A stretch of DNA of 64,000 nt from assembly GCF_026210795.1 (NCBI RefSeq), contig NC_089429.1, positions 5,766,001 to 5,830,000 on the forward strand. The letters are read 5' to 3'. Shown one piece after another: positions 51,958 to 64,000 of this stretch. Below the pieces are notes generated by a model. The model did not search any database. It was not told the origin of the DNA and was given only the letters and a program-made list of their open reading frames with translations. The translations under genes and the position numbers were made by a program. The stretch's first letter is position 1, and every line of letters starts with the position of its first letter. Source of the stretch: Rhizophagus irregularis (taxonomy: Eukaryota).

Positions 51958-53459
51958 ATGAATGATAATACTTTTTTACCAAAATTATCACAAAATTTAC
52001 TTGAAATTTTAGAAGATAATGAATTTTATGATGTTACTATCGAAGTTGGTAATGACCCTTACGTAAAAATATTTCGCGCTCATATAGTCGTTTTATATTA
52101 TCGTTCTCCTTATTTGCGTAGAATTTTGTCAACCAATAAAAAGCAAAATGATGAAATTTTGGTACATATTAAACTGCCAAATATTTCACCTGAAATTTTT
52201 CAAATAATCTTAAGGTGAGAGAGCGCAAGTTATATATAATAGGTTAGGAGTTTTTTTTTTTATTATTATTATTTACATATTAATTTTTTTTTAATAGATA
52301 TATTTATGGGGGAAAGCTTTCTTTAAAAGAATATGATACATCTGATATCATTAAAATCATGGTCGCCGCCATTGAACTTAATCTTCAAGAATTAATCACT
52401 CATTTACAATCCTTTTTGATCGAAAACAAAAAAGATTGGATAGAACAAAATTTTAATTTGATATATCAAACAAGTTACGGGAATAATTCTTTCTCGAGAT
52501 TACAAAATTTTTGTACAGAATTAATGTCTAAAGAACCGGAAAAAATTTTTAATTCAATCGATTTTATTTCACTTTCAGAAAATTGTTTGATTTCTCTTAT
52601 TCAACATGATAACTTTCAAATGGATGTTATTAAAGTTTGGGAACATATACTCAAATGGGGTATTGCTCGAAATCCTGAACTTACTTCGGATCCTTCAAGT
52701 TATTCAAAAGATGATTTTAACATTTTAAAGAATATCTTAGAACAGATTATTCCCTTTATTAAATTTTATAATTTAACTTCTGGAGAATTTTTGGACAAAG
52801 TATATCCCTATAAAAAAATTATACCTAAAGAATTACGTGAAAACTTGGTTAAATATTTTTTGAATCCTAATAATCAATCAGTTAAAAAATTCAATAACCC
52901 AAAAAGTATTGATTCAAGGATAATTACAATACAACATGCTGAATTAATATCGAAATGGATTGATAGATTAGAAATTACTGACAAGATAAAAAATTCATAT
53001 GAATTTAAGTTGATTCTTCGTGGATCTCGTGATGGATTCTCACCTAGTAAATTCCATGAAACCTGTGATAATCGATCTCATACTATATTGATCATTAAAG
53101 TGAAAGATAGCAACGAAATTCTTGGAGGATATAATCCGATCATGTGGACATCTGATATTACTTGGGGTGCTACCAAAGATAGTTTTATATTTTCTTTTAA
53201 AAATAAGAATGATATTGAAAATTATATTTTAAGCCGCGTAAAAGTTGAAAAATGTGCTATAATAAATGGCTATAATTGCGGTCCATCGTTTGCTGCTGGT
53301 CTTATTATAGGAATTATGAATGGAGATGATATTCACAATAATAATATTCATAATAGGGGTTATTGTAGGAAAAATATTATTTATGAAAAACCAATTAGGG
53401 AAACTGTAGATGACTTCGCTTTAGAAGAATGTGAAATATTTCAAATTACGAAATGTTAG
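51958..53459 (+). CDS. BTB-BACK-TLDc protein, exons 51958-52214 and 52298-53459, ~472 aa
   Basis: YDVTIEVGNDPYVKIFRAH BTB motif; conserved intron; LILRGSRDGF, ILGGYNP, DSFIFSF, GPSF; ends FQITKC*. Confidence 0.92.
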
Positions 53460-53504
53460 CCATTCATTCAACAATTAAAATGGTAGCATAAATGTTTAAG
53501 TTCT

Positions 53505-54162
53505 TTTTTCGGACCGAATTTAACCAGAATTTCCCAATTATAAATAAAGTTGATCATTCAACGTTGCCAATTTTTTTTCTTGCTTGATGAGACAATATAC
53601 TTTTACCAAACAGGCGTCTTTTTTAAACAACATACAAAAAAAAAAGAAAAAAAATAAATAAATAAATAATTTTTAATATTCAAATCAGGTATATCTATGG
53701 AGACAGAACTTTCTTTAAAGAATATGATCCTCCGGATATCATTAAAATCTTGGTCGCCGCCAGACGCCGGTGAACTTAGTCTTCAATAATTGATCGCTCA
53801 TTTACAATCATTTTTAATTAAAAACAAAACAAATCTGGTGGAGCAAAATTTTAACTTGATATATAAAATAAGTCTTAAATGATTCTTTCTTGGAATCGAT
53901 CGACCGTATGGGAAACTAATGGTAGGTTCGGCGCCACTGAAGACAGTTTTATATTCTCTTTTAAGAATAAAGAGCACACAATATTATATTTTAAGTCGGT
54001 AATACTTGAATCATATGCTATATTCAATAATCTCCATACGGTCTTGTAACGAGACAATTATTACAATAAGTTATTGTAGGAAAAATAGTAGTTATGAAAA
54101 CCAATTAGGAAACTGATGATATATTTTCTGTAGGAGAATAGAAAATATTCAAAATTATTTAA
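53505..54162 (+). pseudogene. Heavily deleted BTB-BACK-TLDc pseudogene with duplicated promoter
   Basis: 53505-53570 resembles 51835-51910; fragments YIYG..LSLKEYD..DIIKILVAA, DSFIFSFKNK and YCRKNSSYE with stops and frameshifts. Confidence 0.85.
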
Positions 54163-54671
54163 TATTGATTTTATATTTTAGAGGTTAAAAAACGTTCATT
54201 AATGTTTTTGTTAGAAATTAGAAATTACTAAACACATAATATCATTGAGTTGTTGGTCAGCACTATAATTCTTACCTACATTACTTTTTTTATTGTTGGC
54301 TACCTATAAATTATAAAAAATTTATTAATATTACGCAAATTTATTGGAATGAAACAATTAAATATTGTTTCATTGAAATAATTAGCACGATATAAAAAGT
54401 TAGAGTGCAAAAAGTGATTGGTTACTCATTCCAATTACTAACGTGACCATTCAAAAAAAGTGTCCAATCGGGATAGTACAAATTGATCAGCGCCAAAATG
54501 CGCAAGCGGCTTATTGCTTTTTTTTTTTTAAAAAAAAAAAATGTTGAAACTCGACAGAGGCTTACTTTTCCTAATATTTGAAAAATTAAAATATTATAAA
54601 TATTTACTAAACATTGTCCAAAATAAGAAGACTAACTGTGATATATGCTTTGAAAATTTTGAGTAATCACC

Positions 54672-55250
54672 TGCAACCTTACGAGAATTTCATTTGGATT
54701 TATGAAGTAATTTCTAGATAGGAAACTCATTTTAGTAAATGTATCACCTCTCCACAACTTTAGATAACTGGTCTTTAGGGTGTTTATTTTGTAGTCTAAC
54801 TGACTGCCCCCGTTGGTTTAACCATTCTTAACGGACTAAAAAGGACAAATTAAAATTACTACTCGCAACCATATGAGAATTTTCATTTGGAGATAATTGG
54901 AATTTAGCAATAAAGTTTAGAATCATTTTTGAAAGTTGGAAATGTAAAAAGATTTTGTAATTTATTCATGGGTGAAAGATTACGAAAAGTTAGTTAAAAA
55001 CTACAAGGGTGAAGGAGTAATTATATAAAAGTTTATTTCTTAATCATTACACTATTTTATTATAATATTATTAAATTTTTGTCATATAAAATTATTTCTT
55101 TGAGTGAAATTGGTAGAATTTTTCTAATAGAAAAAAATAAAAAAAGGATCATATATTATCTAATGTAGTTAAGCAACCTTACGAGAATTTTTATTTGAAT
55201 TTTTTTAGTAAAAGTTTAGAAACATTTTCTAAATGTTGGAAATATAAATT
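54672..55250. repeat. Three dispersed copies of GCAACCTTACGAGAATTTTCATTTGGA
   Basis: Copies at ~54672, ~54865 and ~55173; the last two share a further ~45 bp downstream. Confidence 0.7.
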
Positions 55251-57837
55251 TTAAATTTGCTCATTGTTATGGACAGATAATTATGAAAAGTTGGTGTGCT
55301 GTAAAAAAAAATTCGCTTCTCAATTCCTAAAATTGTGCAACTTGTACGATGTTGACTAAATAAATAAAAAAACATTATGAATAGTTCATAATACATTTGG
55401 GCGTTGTAAGCAAGTGTTACTATAGATTTATTTAATTTGTAATTGATCAAAACGTAAATATAAAGTCAGAAATTAAGAATTAAGGGATTAAACTAGAATA
55501 AAGCTTTTAAAAGAATTCTTAAGTATCTCCCTATAATTCTCAAATGATAAATAATTTTTTTAATTTGTTATAGTTACAATTAACTTCTTTACTGTAAGTA
55601 ATGAATTTTTAGCGTAAGTTTTATATAAAACAACAATAATAAAATTTTATGTTTCTAATAAAGTTATTATGAGATTAAATAAGTATTTGTTTTTATGTGC
55701 TTTTTTTTAACGAAACCTGTTTATTAATTACGTTTTCTATTTAACCTATTTTACTTTTGATATTATATAATATAAATTATTAAATATTTATTTTATTAAA
55801 CGAATTGTTAGGAAGTATTTTCGTCAATAATTCAATATTATGAAAATTCATCATTGAGGCTGAATCACTTTATTTATGTTGGCTATGTTTAAAATATTCA
55901 AAATTTTCATTCGATCCTACATTATATGAATGTCATAATGAATAGTCTGGTATTGATGTTTTATATCTTCATCTACAAATACTTCCTACTATATAGGTAA
56001 ATATATTCGATTTTATTGTCTGCGGTTAAATGAGCTCCAGTCTTTTGTTAAAAAAAAAATCATTATAAATTTGTCATAAACGTAAAATAAATAAAAAAGA
56101 ATAAAGGAAATAAAACATACCAAATCTTTATGTTATATTATAAACCTCTTTGGCAAATGACTAACAATCACAAAAATCATACTATATAGCAACATTTTCC
56201 ACATTACGAGTCCCTTGATGTCTCATACAGTTAATTGGCTAAATTTTTCAATTTTACCGAGTAATAAAAAAAAACAACTAAAATCAAAAATAAGATAAAA
56301 TAAAACAAAGTTAAAGAGATTTACCGATAAGAAACATTTCAATAATATCCTAAATGGAAACTATCAAAACTAAACATATATAAAATTATTTCAATAAGAC
56401 TTCTAATCCGTGATTTTGCTGATAGCATCGCAGAATTATAATAATTGCTATGTTATTTCTTACATTAATGATAGCTTCTGCTTCAATTGTGTCAATTTAT
56501 ACTAATTTCTTTTGATTTATAAAACATATTCATTAAAAAAACAATAGTAATTAATTATACTAAAATAATAGAATTTTAAATAATAAAAATTCGTAGCATT
56601 TATATTAAAGTCTGAGCCAGGTTTGGTTGATAAATATGTATCTATTTTAATTCCAGGCTTCAAAAATAAAGGCAAATACAAGATTCTTTCTTGATTAAAT
56701 GAAAAATGTTATTATTTCATTATCATTATTTAAATTTAAATAATATAAAACATTTTTAAAACTATTAAACTTTTGTACTTAGTGGCTATGGATTTGTGTA
56801 CAATTTTGGCTTTGATATCATTTTGTGGCAAAGTTCTGGATATCATATTATAGGTAACTTTGAAGTAAACAAAATAATCTAAACCTGATTTCATAAGTTA
56901 TTTAATATATTTCATCTGATAACTATAAATAAGTTCAAAATTTACTTGTCTGATTATTAATCCCTTTTTTTTCCTTTTTTTAGAATCCTTTTTTTTTTTT
57001 TTATTTTTCAACTATGAAAATATAGTGTACTTAAATTATTTTTCCTCTTTAATAGAGATATGATAAAAGAATTTTTATAATAAACCAGTTATATTATGTA
57101 AGGCACACATTATACATAATGGTTTTGTGCATAACTAACAAAGCCATATGTACTTATGTAAAATATAATGATAGTAAGAGCTGTTATGAAAGACCATATT
57201 TACTCTACTTTCAATCACATTGTGTGGAAATATAAAGCAATGTATACTGTACTACCATAACTGGAGCCTTATATATAATCTCTGAACTTGATACAGTAAT
57301 AATGTTCTCACAACTCTGGACTGTTGTTGTTTAAGATTTCTTTACTCATCATATACAGTATAAATGTAAATTGAAAGAGATAGAAGTGATAGAAAGAGAA
57401 AGTATGAATGAAAGAAATATGAAATGAAAGAATAAAAAAAACAGTTAAAGAAGGATATTTTTTTTTATCCTGATGAATATGGTATTGCTATTGAACTAGC
57501 ATCAAATTCTATATGGTGTTGGTTGACAAAAGCTGTACATGGTACAAGGCAAAAGTTGCCATCATCATCATTAATCATGAAGACTCTTTTTTACTACATG
57601 AACTCATCTGATGGAGAATTAGATCTCATAATATAATGTAGGAAATATGAACAATCTCTTCTAATCTAAAACCTACTTTATTTAAACATGACTAAAATTA
57701 ACCAAACAAATATTTTTTTAGTCAATTTGTTTAAATATAATTTTATTGTTATAAATTTAACTAGAATCATTTATAACATAAATCATAACTTCAAAACTGG
57801 CATTCTAAATATTCTATATATAAATCAAATAACAGAG

Positions 57838-60300
57838 GAAAATAAATTTTATATTTTGTATATATTTAGAACCACCTGTAACTGAATGACACAACATTCA
57901 AATTCAGTTACAGGATTATTACTTCAATTGAAGAAGAAACTAGCAAGAAATAATAGACAAATATGAAAAGAGCATATCACTTTTATATACTTCACAAATT
58001 TTCATAAACTGAACACATAAATGCAGAATACACTATATTGATTGGATAGAATTATATACTTATGCTGTGAAAATAATAAAATTATCAATATACATTGATA
58101 ATATCCTCATTCATATTAAGAGATTAAATAATATAATTAAACTATAATTGCAAAAATCAGAAAAAAATCAGTTAGAATATTAATAAATACAAGTATATCC
58201 GTCATCTAACTTGTAGTATTACTCTTTAAATTCTATAAGACCATCTTTATATATATATCTCTATTTTGATTGGTAAAAATGATAAAATCATCAATATTCA
58301 ATCAATTAATTATACATGGTGTTAAACATTGCCAGACGGAGATAGTTAGACATCATAAACCTTCATGATGACTTATTAGATCATGTTTCAAATATGCAGG
58401 TAGTCTACTGATAAATTCATCTGCTATTTACTTAACTGATAGAAAGTTAGCACCAAGAGTCCAGTTTCTCAAAAATACCACTGAACAACAACAGCAGTAT
58501 ATCAATGGTGAAGAGGCCGTGATAGATATGAAAACAAAACAAAACAAGAAAGAAGCTAATATAGCTAAAGATAAAAATGAAGATTCATATTTAAATAATT
58601 TCTTATATGATAATACAACTAGAATAAATTACATTTTTCTGATTTTAAGTATTACTATTTCAATACTAATAATATGCAATTAAATTACAAATACAAAGTC
58701 AAAATTTACTGGTAAATTCATTTATTACCATTACCAACTTTCAATCATTAACTTCCTCTCCTAATCCTGGAAAAATCCTTTACTAGTGATGATTAATAAA
58801 TTAAAAATCATTGAATGATTGTGATTATCCCATATTTTCTACAATTGAAAATATATGTAATGATTTGGAATCAAAAGTTGTTGAATGATTGTATATTCTC
58901 AACCATTAAAATTACAACAAATTATTATTAAAGCGTAACAATCTTTGTAGATTTTATGGACATAGTGGAAATGACTGCCCAAATTTAGATAGTTGTTTTG
59001 CAGGACATTGTTATAACTGTTGGGACTGGTCATAATTCTTCAAACTGTAAGAGAAACATAAATGAGAGATATAACTCCATCAGATTTAATTAGTGATAAT
59101 TGATGAATTAGAAGTTAATATTAAGAGAAAAATTTAAATATATTTTCCCAGATTTTATTAATCCATCATAATTAGTAAAATGGAATGACTATCTTTATTA
59201 AAATACAACAATAGATTAAAAAAAGTATACCATTTTAATACAATTCATCAAGCTTTTTACAGAATTCATTTAATATTAAAATAATAATGAATTAATAGAA
59301 AATACATGAAAAAGGAAAAAAGTTAAGCTTTCAGCCAAAAGGAATGATGCAATTTCAGATTTGAATGAAAAAGTTGCTAGAATCAGGGCTTTGGAGATGG
59401 ATCAGAAGTTAAATGCATGTATTTTAGAGAACAACATAATGATATTTGGATTTTATTTCAAGATATATTTATGTTACAAAAAGTGATGGACCACCTTTAT
59501 TTACACAATGCAAAAACTAAGTCTTTACAAGAAGTTTTATCCCATTTTCAATTTGATAACAAATATTTGCATAAATTATTAAACAAATCAAATAATATAA
59601 ATACATATATACCAACAATAATTTAAATCAACCAATTACCCAAATCACATTTTAATATAAAAGGCAATAAAAAAAAGGTTAGAAAAGAAAACAAAATAAG
59701 AGCACCAAATGGACAAGAATGGAATCATTTTATGATTTCACCACTATTTACAAACATATCAGAGAATTATTCTTTTTAACTTTAAAAAATATGTTTATGT
59801 ATTTTTTTGTTAATTATGACTTGGAAAGAATGTAATTTAGCATCACTTTATATTGAAAAGAAACTTATTGTGGTTGAGACATGAAAATTTGGAACTTCAC
59901 CTATAAATGTTAATCATCAATGGTTATACTCCTTCAGAACTCACTATTTCTCATCAAACATATTCAGACCTCATTAATTGTTATTTGAATTTTAGTTCAT
60001 CAAAAAAAAAGTGGCAATTACAGTATACATAGTCAACATGCTACTTATTCAAACAATATTTATTCTTCATTATGGATTATATCAACTTCTACATATATTC
60101 CACATGAAATAATTATAATTTTTATTAGTTTTTTCCCTTCTATATTCCTTATATTACCATAGTGAATAAGTTTCTTATAAAATAAAGTGATTTATACAAC
60201 ACATTTAATCACATTTCATTACTATTAACAGAAATCAAATATGATTTAGATTATCAACTAGTAAAAACTTTAAAATATATAATATATGATTAAATTTATC
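57838..60300 (+). repeat. Copy A of a decayed 2-2.5-kb direct duplication
   Basis: Collinear blocks shared with 61950-64000, e.g. CTGAATGACACAA..TTCAGTTACAGGAT, TTACCATTACCAACT, AACACATTTAATCACAT. Confidence 0.9.
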
Positions 60301-61949
60301 AAGAATCATATATACTCAACAACTACTCAAGATCTTACAGTATTGAAACCACCAGTCATAGTGACATCTGGATTATGGGCTGGTGGTAATTACCATCATT
60401 CCTACTGTGATCTCATCCTAAAATATGCGGATCAGAGCCCTTTCATTATACTAGATATTTAGATTAATGTCAGGCTTCATCCAAGACTTATAGATACCAA
60501 TTCCAGTTCATGTTCCTAATGAACCATTATTATTCCCATATATTTACAGATGGAAAAGCTGTATATTCTATTGTGAATTTCAGACATAATTCTGGAAAGA
60601 AGATATAAGGAATTATTGAATATCTATAATTAATTATTTAAAATACATGAACAAAAAGACAATATATCATTTAATTTATATAATTTAATTAATATTATAT
60701 AATTATATAATTAATACTATATAATTAAATACTATTTGATTTTAATGCAATACCTGCTATAGGTATGACAAACATTATGGTAATAGGAGTGACTCTCTTT
60801 CCTTCCATATTATCCCTAACTGTTTTCTTTCATATATATATATTTCTTGATTTTCTTCTTCATTTTCTTAATTTTCTTAATGCATTTACTCATTCTATAA
60901 TATTATTTCTTTCATCTTCTCTTTCTTTTTACAAACATAAAATTGACTTAATAGTTTATTTAAAAAATACTCCTAAAGATTCCCAATAGTTTAAACATTA
61001 TTTACTACACATAATGCAAAAATTAGTTACTTATTAGCTAATAAAACAAATTTTTTTATAAATTTTTTAATTGATTTTATTTTATACATTTATATTTAAT
61101 TTAGATGAAACAGCTTTTTTTTTAATCAAAAATAATTCTAAAAAAAAAAAATTTAAACATATGAATTTGATATGAAAAGTTTCTTATTTAAGGAATAATT
61201 TTTTAAAGAAGAGGGACTTATTTTGGTTTGCATGATACATTTTTTAAAAAATTTTTTCATCATGTTAAAAGCAAAAAAATTAAATTTGATTATCCCGACT
61301 CTTACAATGGAAATTCAAATTAAAAATACAATATAAAGATGTTAACAATGTCCTTGATAGTCAAAAAAAAACAAATTTTACAAGATTCAAAATATATATA
61401 TGCACAAAATACAACTATTTATCACATATCTCAGTTTAATGGATGCATTAATGAAAAAATTACTGGAAAAGGTTCAGAAAAACTTTATGACATCATTCTT
61501 TTAAGTTTTATATGATCACCCCATATATCTCTATTTTGGTTGGATATAATCATGTACTGTGAAAATGATAAAATTATCAGTATTTTCAGGAATTGTTCAG
61601 GTCTATTACTATTCACTTAACTGTTCAAACTAGAAACCAGATAACAATATACAATTACAATCAAACTGAAAATCAGTCAAATTTGATTATTGCAAATATT
61701 ATCATCTACTTTATAGAATCATTCTTTAAGTTTTATAAAACTCTCTCATTTCATGAACTCTCATGGTATAATTCACAAGTCACCACCAGAACTGTTCACA
61801 TATATTCAAATCTTACCTTTTTTATTTTACTGATATACTTTAACCATTCCACTCATAGTATTAAAAAAAGACAAAAATACAAAAGACTTCTTCAAACATC
61901 CAAATATAAGTTCCAATACTTGTAGAGACTTCTTTCAAATTACAAAGGA

Positions 61950-64000
61950 AAGAAAATTTTATATTTTGTATATATTTAGAATCACCTGAACTGAATGACA
62001 CAAGATTCAGATTCAGTTACAGGATCATTACTTAGATTGAACAAGAAACTAGCAAGAAATAATAGGCAAATATGAAAAGAGCAATTAGGTTTACTAGTGA
62101 ATATCTTTTTAGAAGTTCTCAAGGGTCACTGACATCTAAAATCAAAGAAGCTATGTTCAATATGTATATGTTTTGAGAAACACAAACTCCTGTCAATAAA
62201 TACAAATTCTAAAGAGTCAAAAGGCAAATTTTATATACTGAACACATGAATGCAGAATACTCTATATTGATTGGACAGAGTTATATGCTTATGCTATGAA
62301 AACAATAAACTTAGTAATATTCTTAGGAATATATTGATGATAAACTTATCCATATTTAGAGATCAAATCATAATATAATTAAACTATGATTGCAAAAATC
62401 AGAAGAATATCAGTTAGAATAAATACAAGTATATCATCTAACTTATAGTATTACTCTTTCAGTTTCTCAAAAGCACATCCATATGTCCACTGAAAAACAA
62501 CACCAGCCTAACAAAGACCAAACAAAGAAAGAAACTGAACATCTATGCAACAGGGAATGCATTTCCCCTTTTTTTGAATTACTAGTTCATATATTTTCCT
62601 CCTTTTCAAATTTCTGGTTCAGATATTATCCCCATTTTCAATAAAATATTTCAAGGATGGCTACAAATCATCATACTGGCAAGAAGTGCTGATGATGCAA
62701 TATTAAACTTTTTAAAGCGTGTTTATTGCTTTTTAAATGAAAATTCATATAATAGTATATTAAATAATTTCTTATATAATAATACAAACTAGAACTTATT
62801 ATATTTTTCTGATTTTAAATTAGCTAATCTCAAACACTATTTCAACTTCAAAGAATTAATTCAATATACTAATAATAGAAATTAAATACAAATACATAGT
62901 TACTGGTAAATTCATTTATTACCATTACCAACTCTCAATCATTAACTTCCTCTCCTAACCTGGAAAAATCCTTTGGCCAGTCAAGTTATTAGTAATGATT
63001 GATGAATCAGAAGTTGTTGAATGATTAATATTATCTTATTTTTTTCAACAACTACAATACAACAAATTATAATAACAATTGACAGAAGTTATTTAAAATA
63101 TTACAGCTAATATTAAAGTGATGCTTAAATTTATTTCCCATAAAATAGAATGGACTATCTTTATTAGAATACAACAAGGATTAAAAAAGTATATCATTTT
63201 AATACAATTCATTAAGCTTTTTTTACAATTTACACATTAATGATATAAAAATAATAATAACTTCAAACAATGGAATTTTATTGAAAGAGAATTTTAGCAA
63301 CAAAAAAAACTTAAATCAACTTTGCAATTTTTTAACATATGGCAAGTTGATAGAGTGCTTATTAAATAAGCTGATAGAATTTTATCACATTTTCAATTTG
63401 ATAACAATTATTTGCATAAATCACTAAACAAACAAACAAATAATATAAATACATATGTACCTGCTTTTGAAGTGACAGAACTGGTAGCAGAAATAAATAG
63501 TGAAAATAATGAAAGCAAACAAAGTGAGGAAGTCGATGAAATTGTTATTGGAGAGGAAGGGGATACAATGATAATTCAAATCAACCAATTATCCAAATAA
63601 CATATTGACCCATTAAAAAAGTGTTAAAAGAGAGCAAAAATAAAATAAGAACACAAATGGATTCTTACCATGTTTCTCTCAATAAACCATAGTTTATCTC
63701 TGCTTATTCAAACAATGGTTATTCTTCATCATGGATCATATGGACATTAAGTAACTTCTATATATGCATATATTCCACATAAATAATTATAGTTTACAAA
63801 ACAAATTTTATAGTTTCTTTTTCACATTTCCTCTCTATATTCCTTAGACATCATAGTGAATAATAGTGGAAAGTTTCTTAAAAAATAGAGTGATTTAAAC
63901 AACACATTTAATCACATGTCATTACTATTAATAAAAATCAATGATTTAGGTTATCAAATAGTAAAAATTTTAATATAATATAATATATGATCAAATTAAT
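61950..64000 (+). repeat. Copy B of the decayed duplication (runs off the window)
   Basis: Same blocks in the same order as 57838-60300, with reciprocal deletions. Confidence 0.9.

Noticed and set aside
55800..56880. Multi-exon minus-strand gene relic (e.g. QERILYLPLFLKPG)
   Set aside because: Probably a pseudogene, but too degraded to name or bound.
57688..63600. Short ORFs in the terminal region
   Set aside because: Chance ORFs in decayed repeat DNA, not preserved between the duplicate copies.

Overview
Very AT-rich eukaryotic DNA with short GT-AG introns. The gene families and intron style are typical of an arbuscular mycorrhizal fungus (Glomeromycotina, Rhizophagus-like); this is an inference. 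Host-type genes: four BTB-BACK-TLDc genes plus one deleted relic, two TKL-like protein kinases with micro-exon tails (one carries a homopolymer frameshift), one F-box/LRR gene, and a tandem array of four cytochrome P450 paralogues (two intact, two pseudogenes). The most notable mobile element is an apparently intact 9-exon, ~1064-aa Sola3-like DDD transposase with an FYR-like N-terminus. It lies between degenerate inverted repeats that also enclose a convergent non-coding array of repeated intron/mini-exon units. A second, cleaner intron/mini-exon array at 44.35-44.92 kb places its branch point in a hairpin. Also present: a Zator- or Harbinger-type deletion derivative with a TAA TSD, hAT MITEs (one with a perfect 8-bp TSD), a Helitron 3' end, a candidate HDV-like ribozyme fold, and a strongly CpG-depleted duplicated relic region at 56.6-64 kb. 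No rRNA, tRNA or CRISPR array was recognised. Exon structures were traced by eye and no database searches were run.
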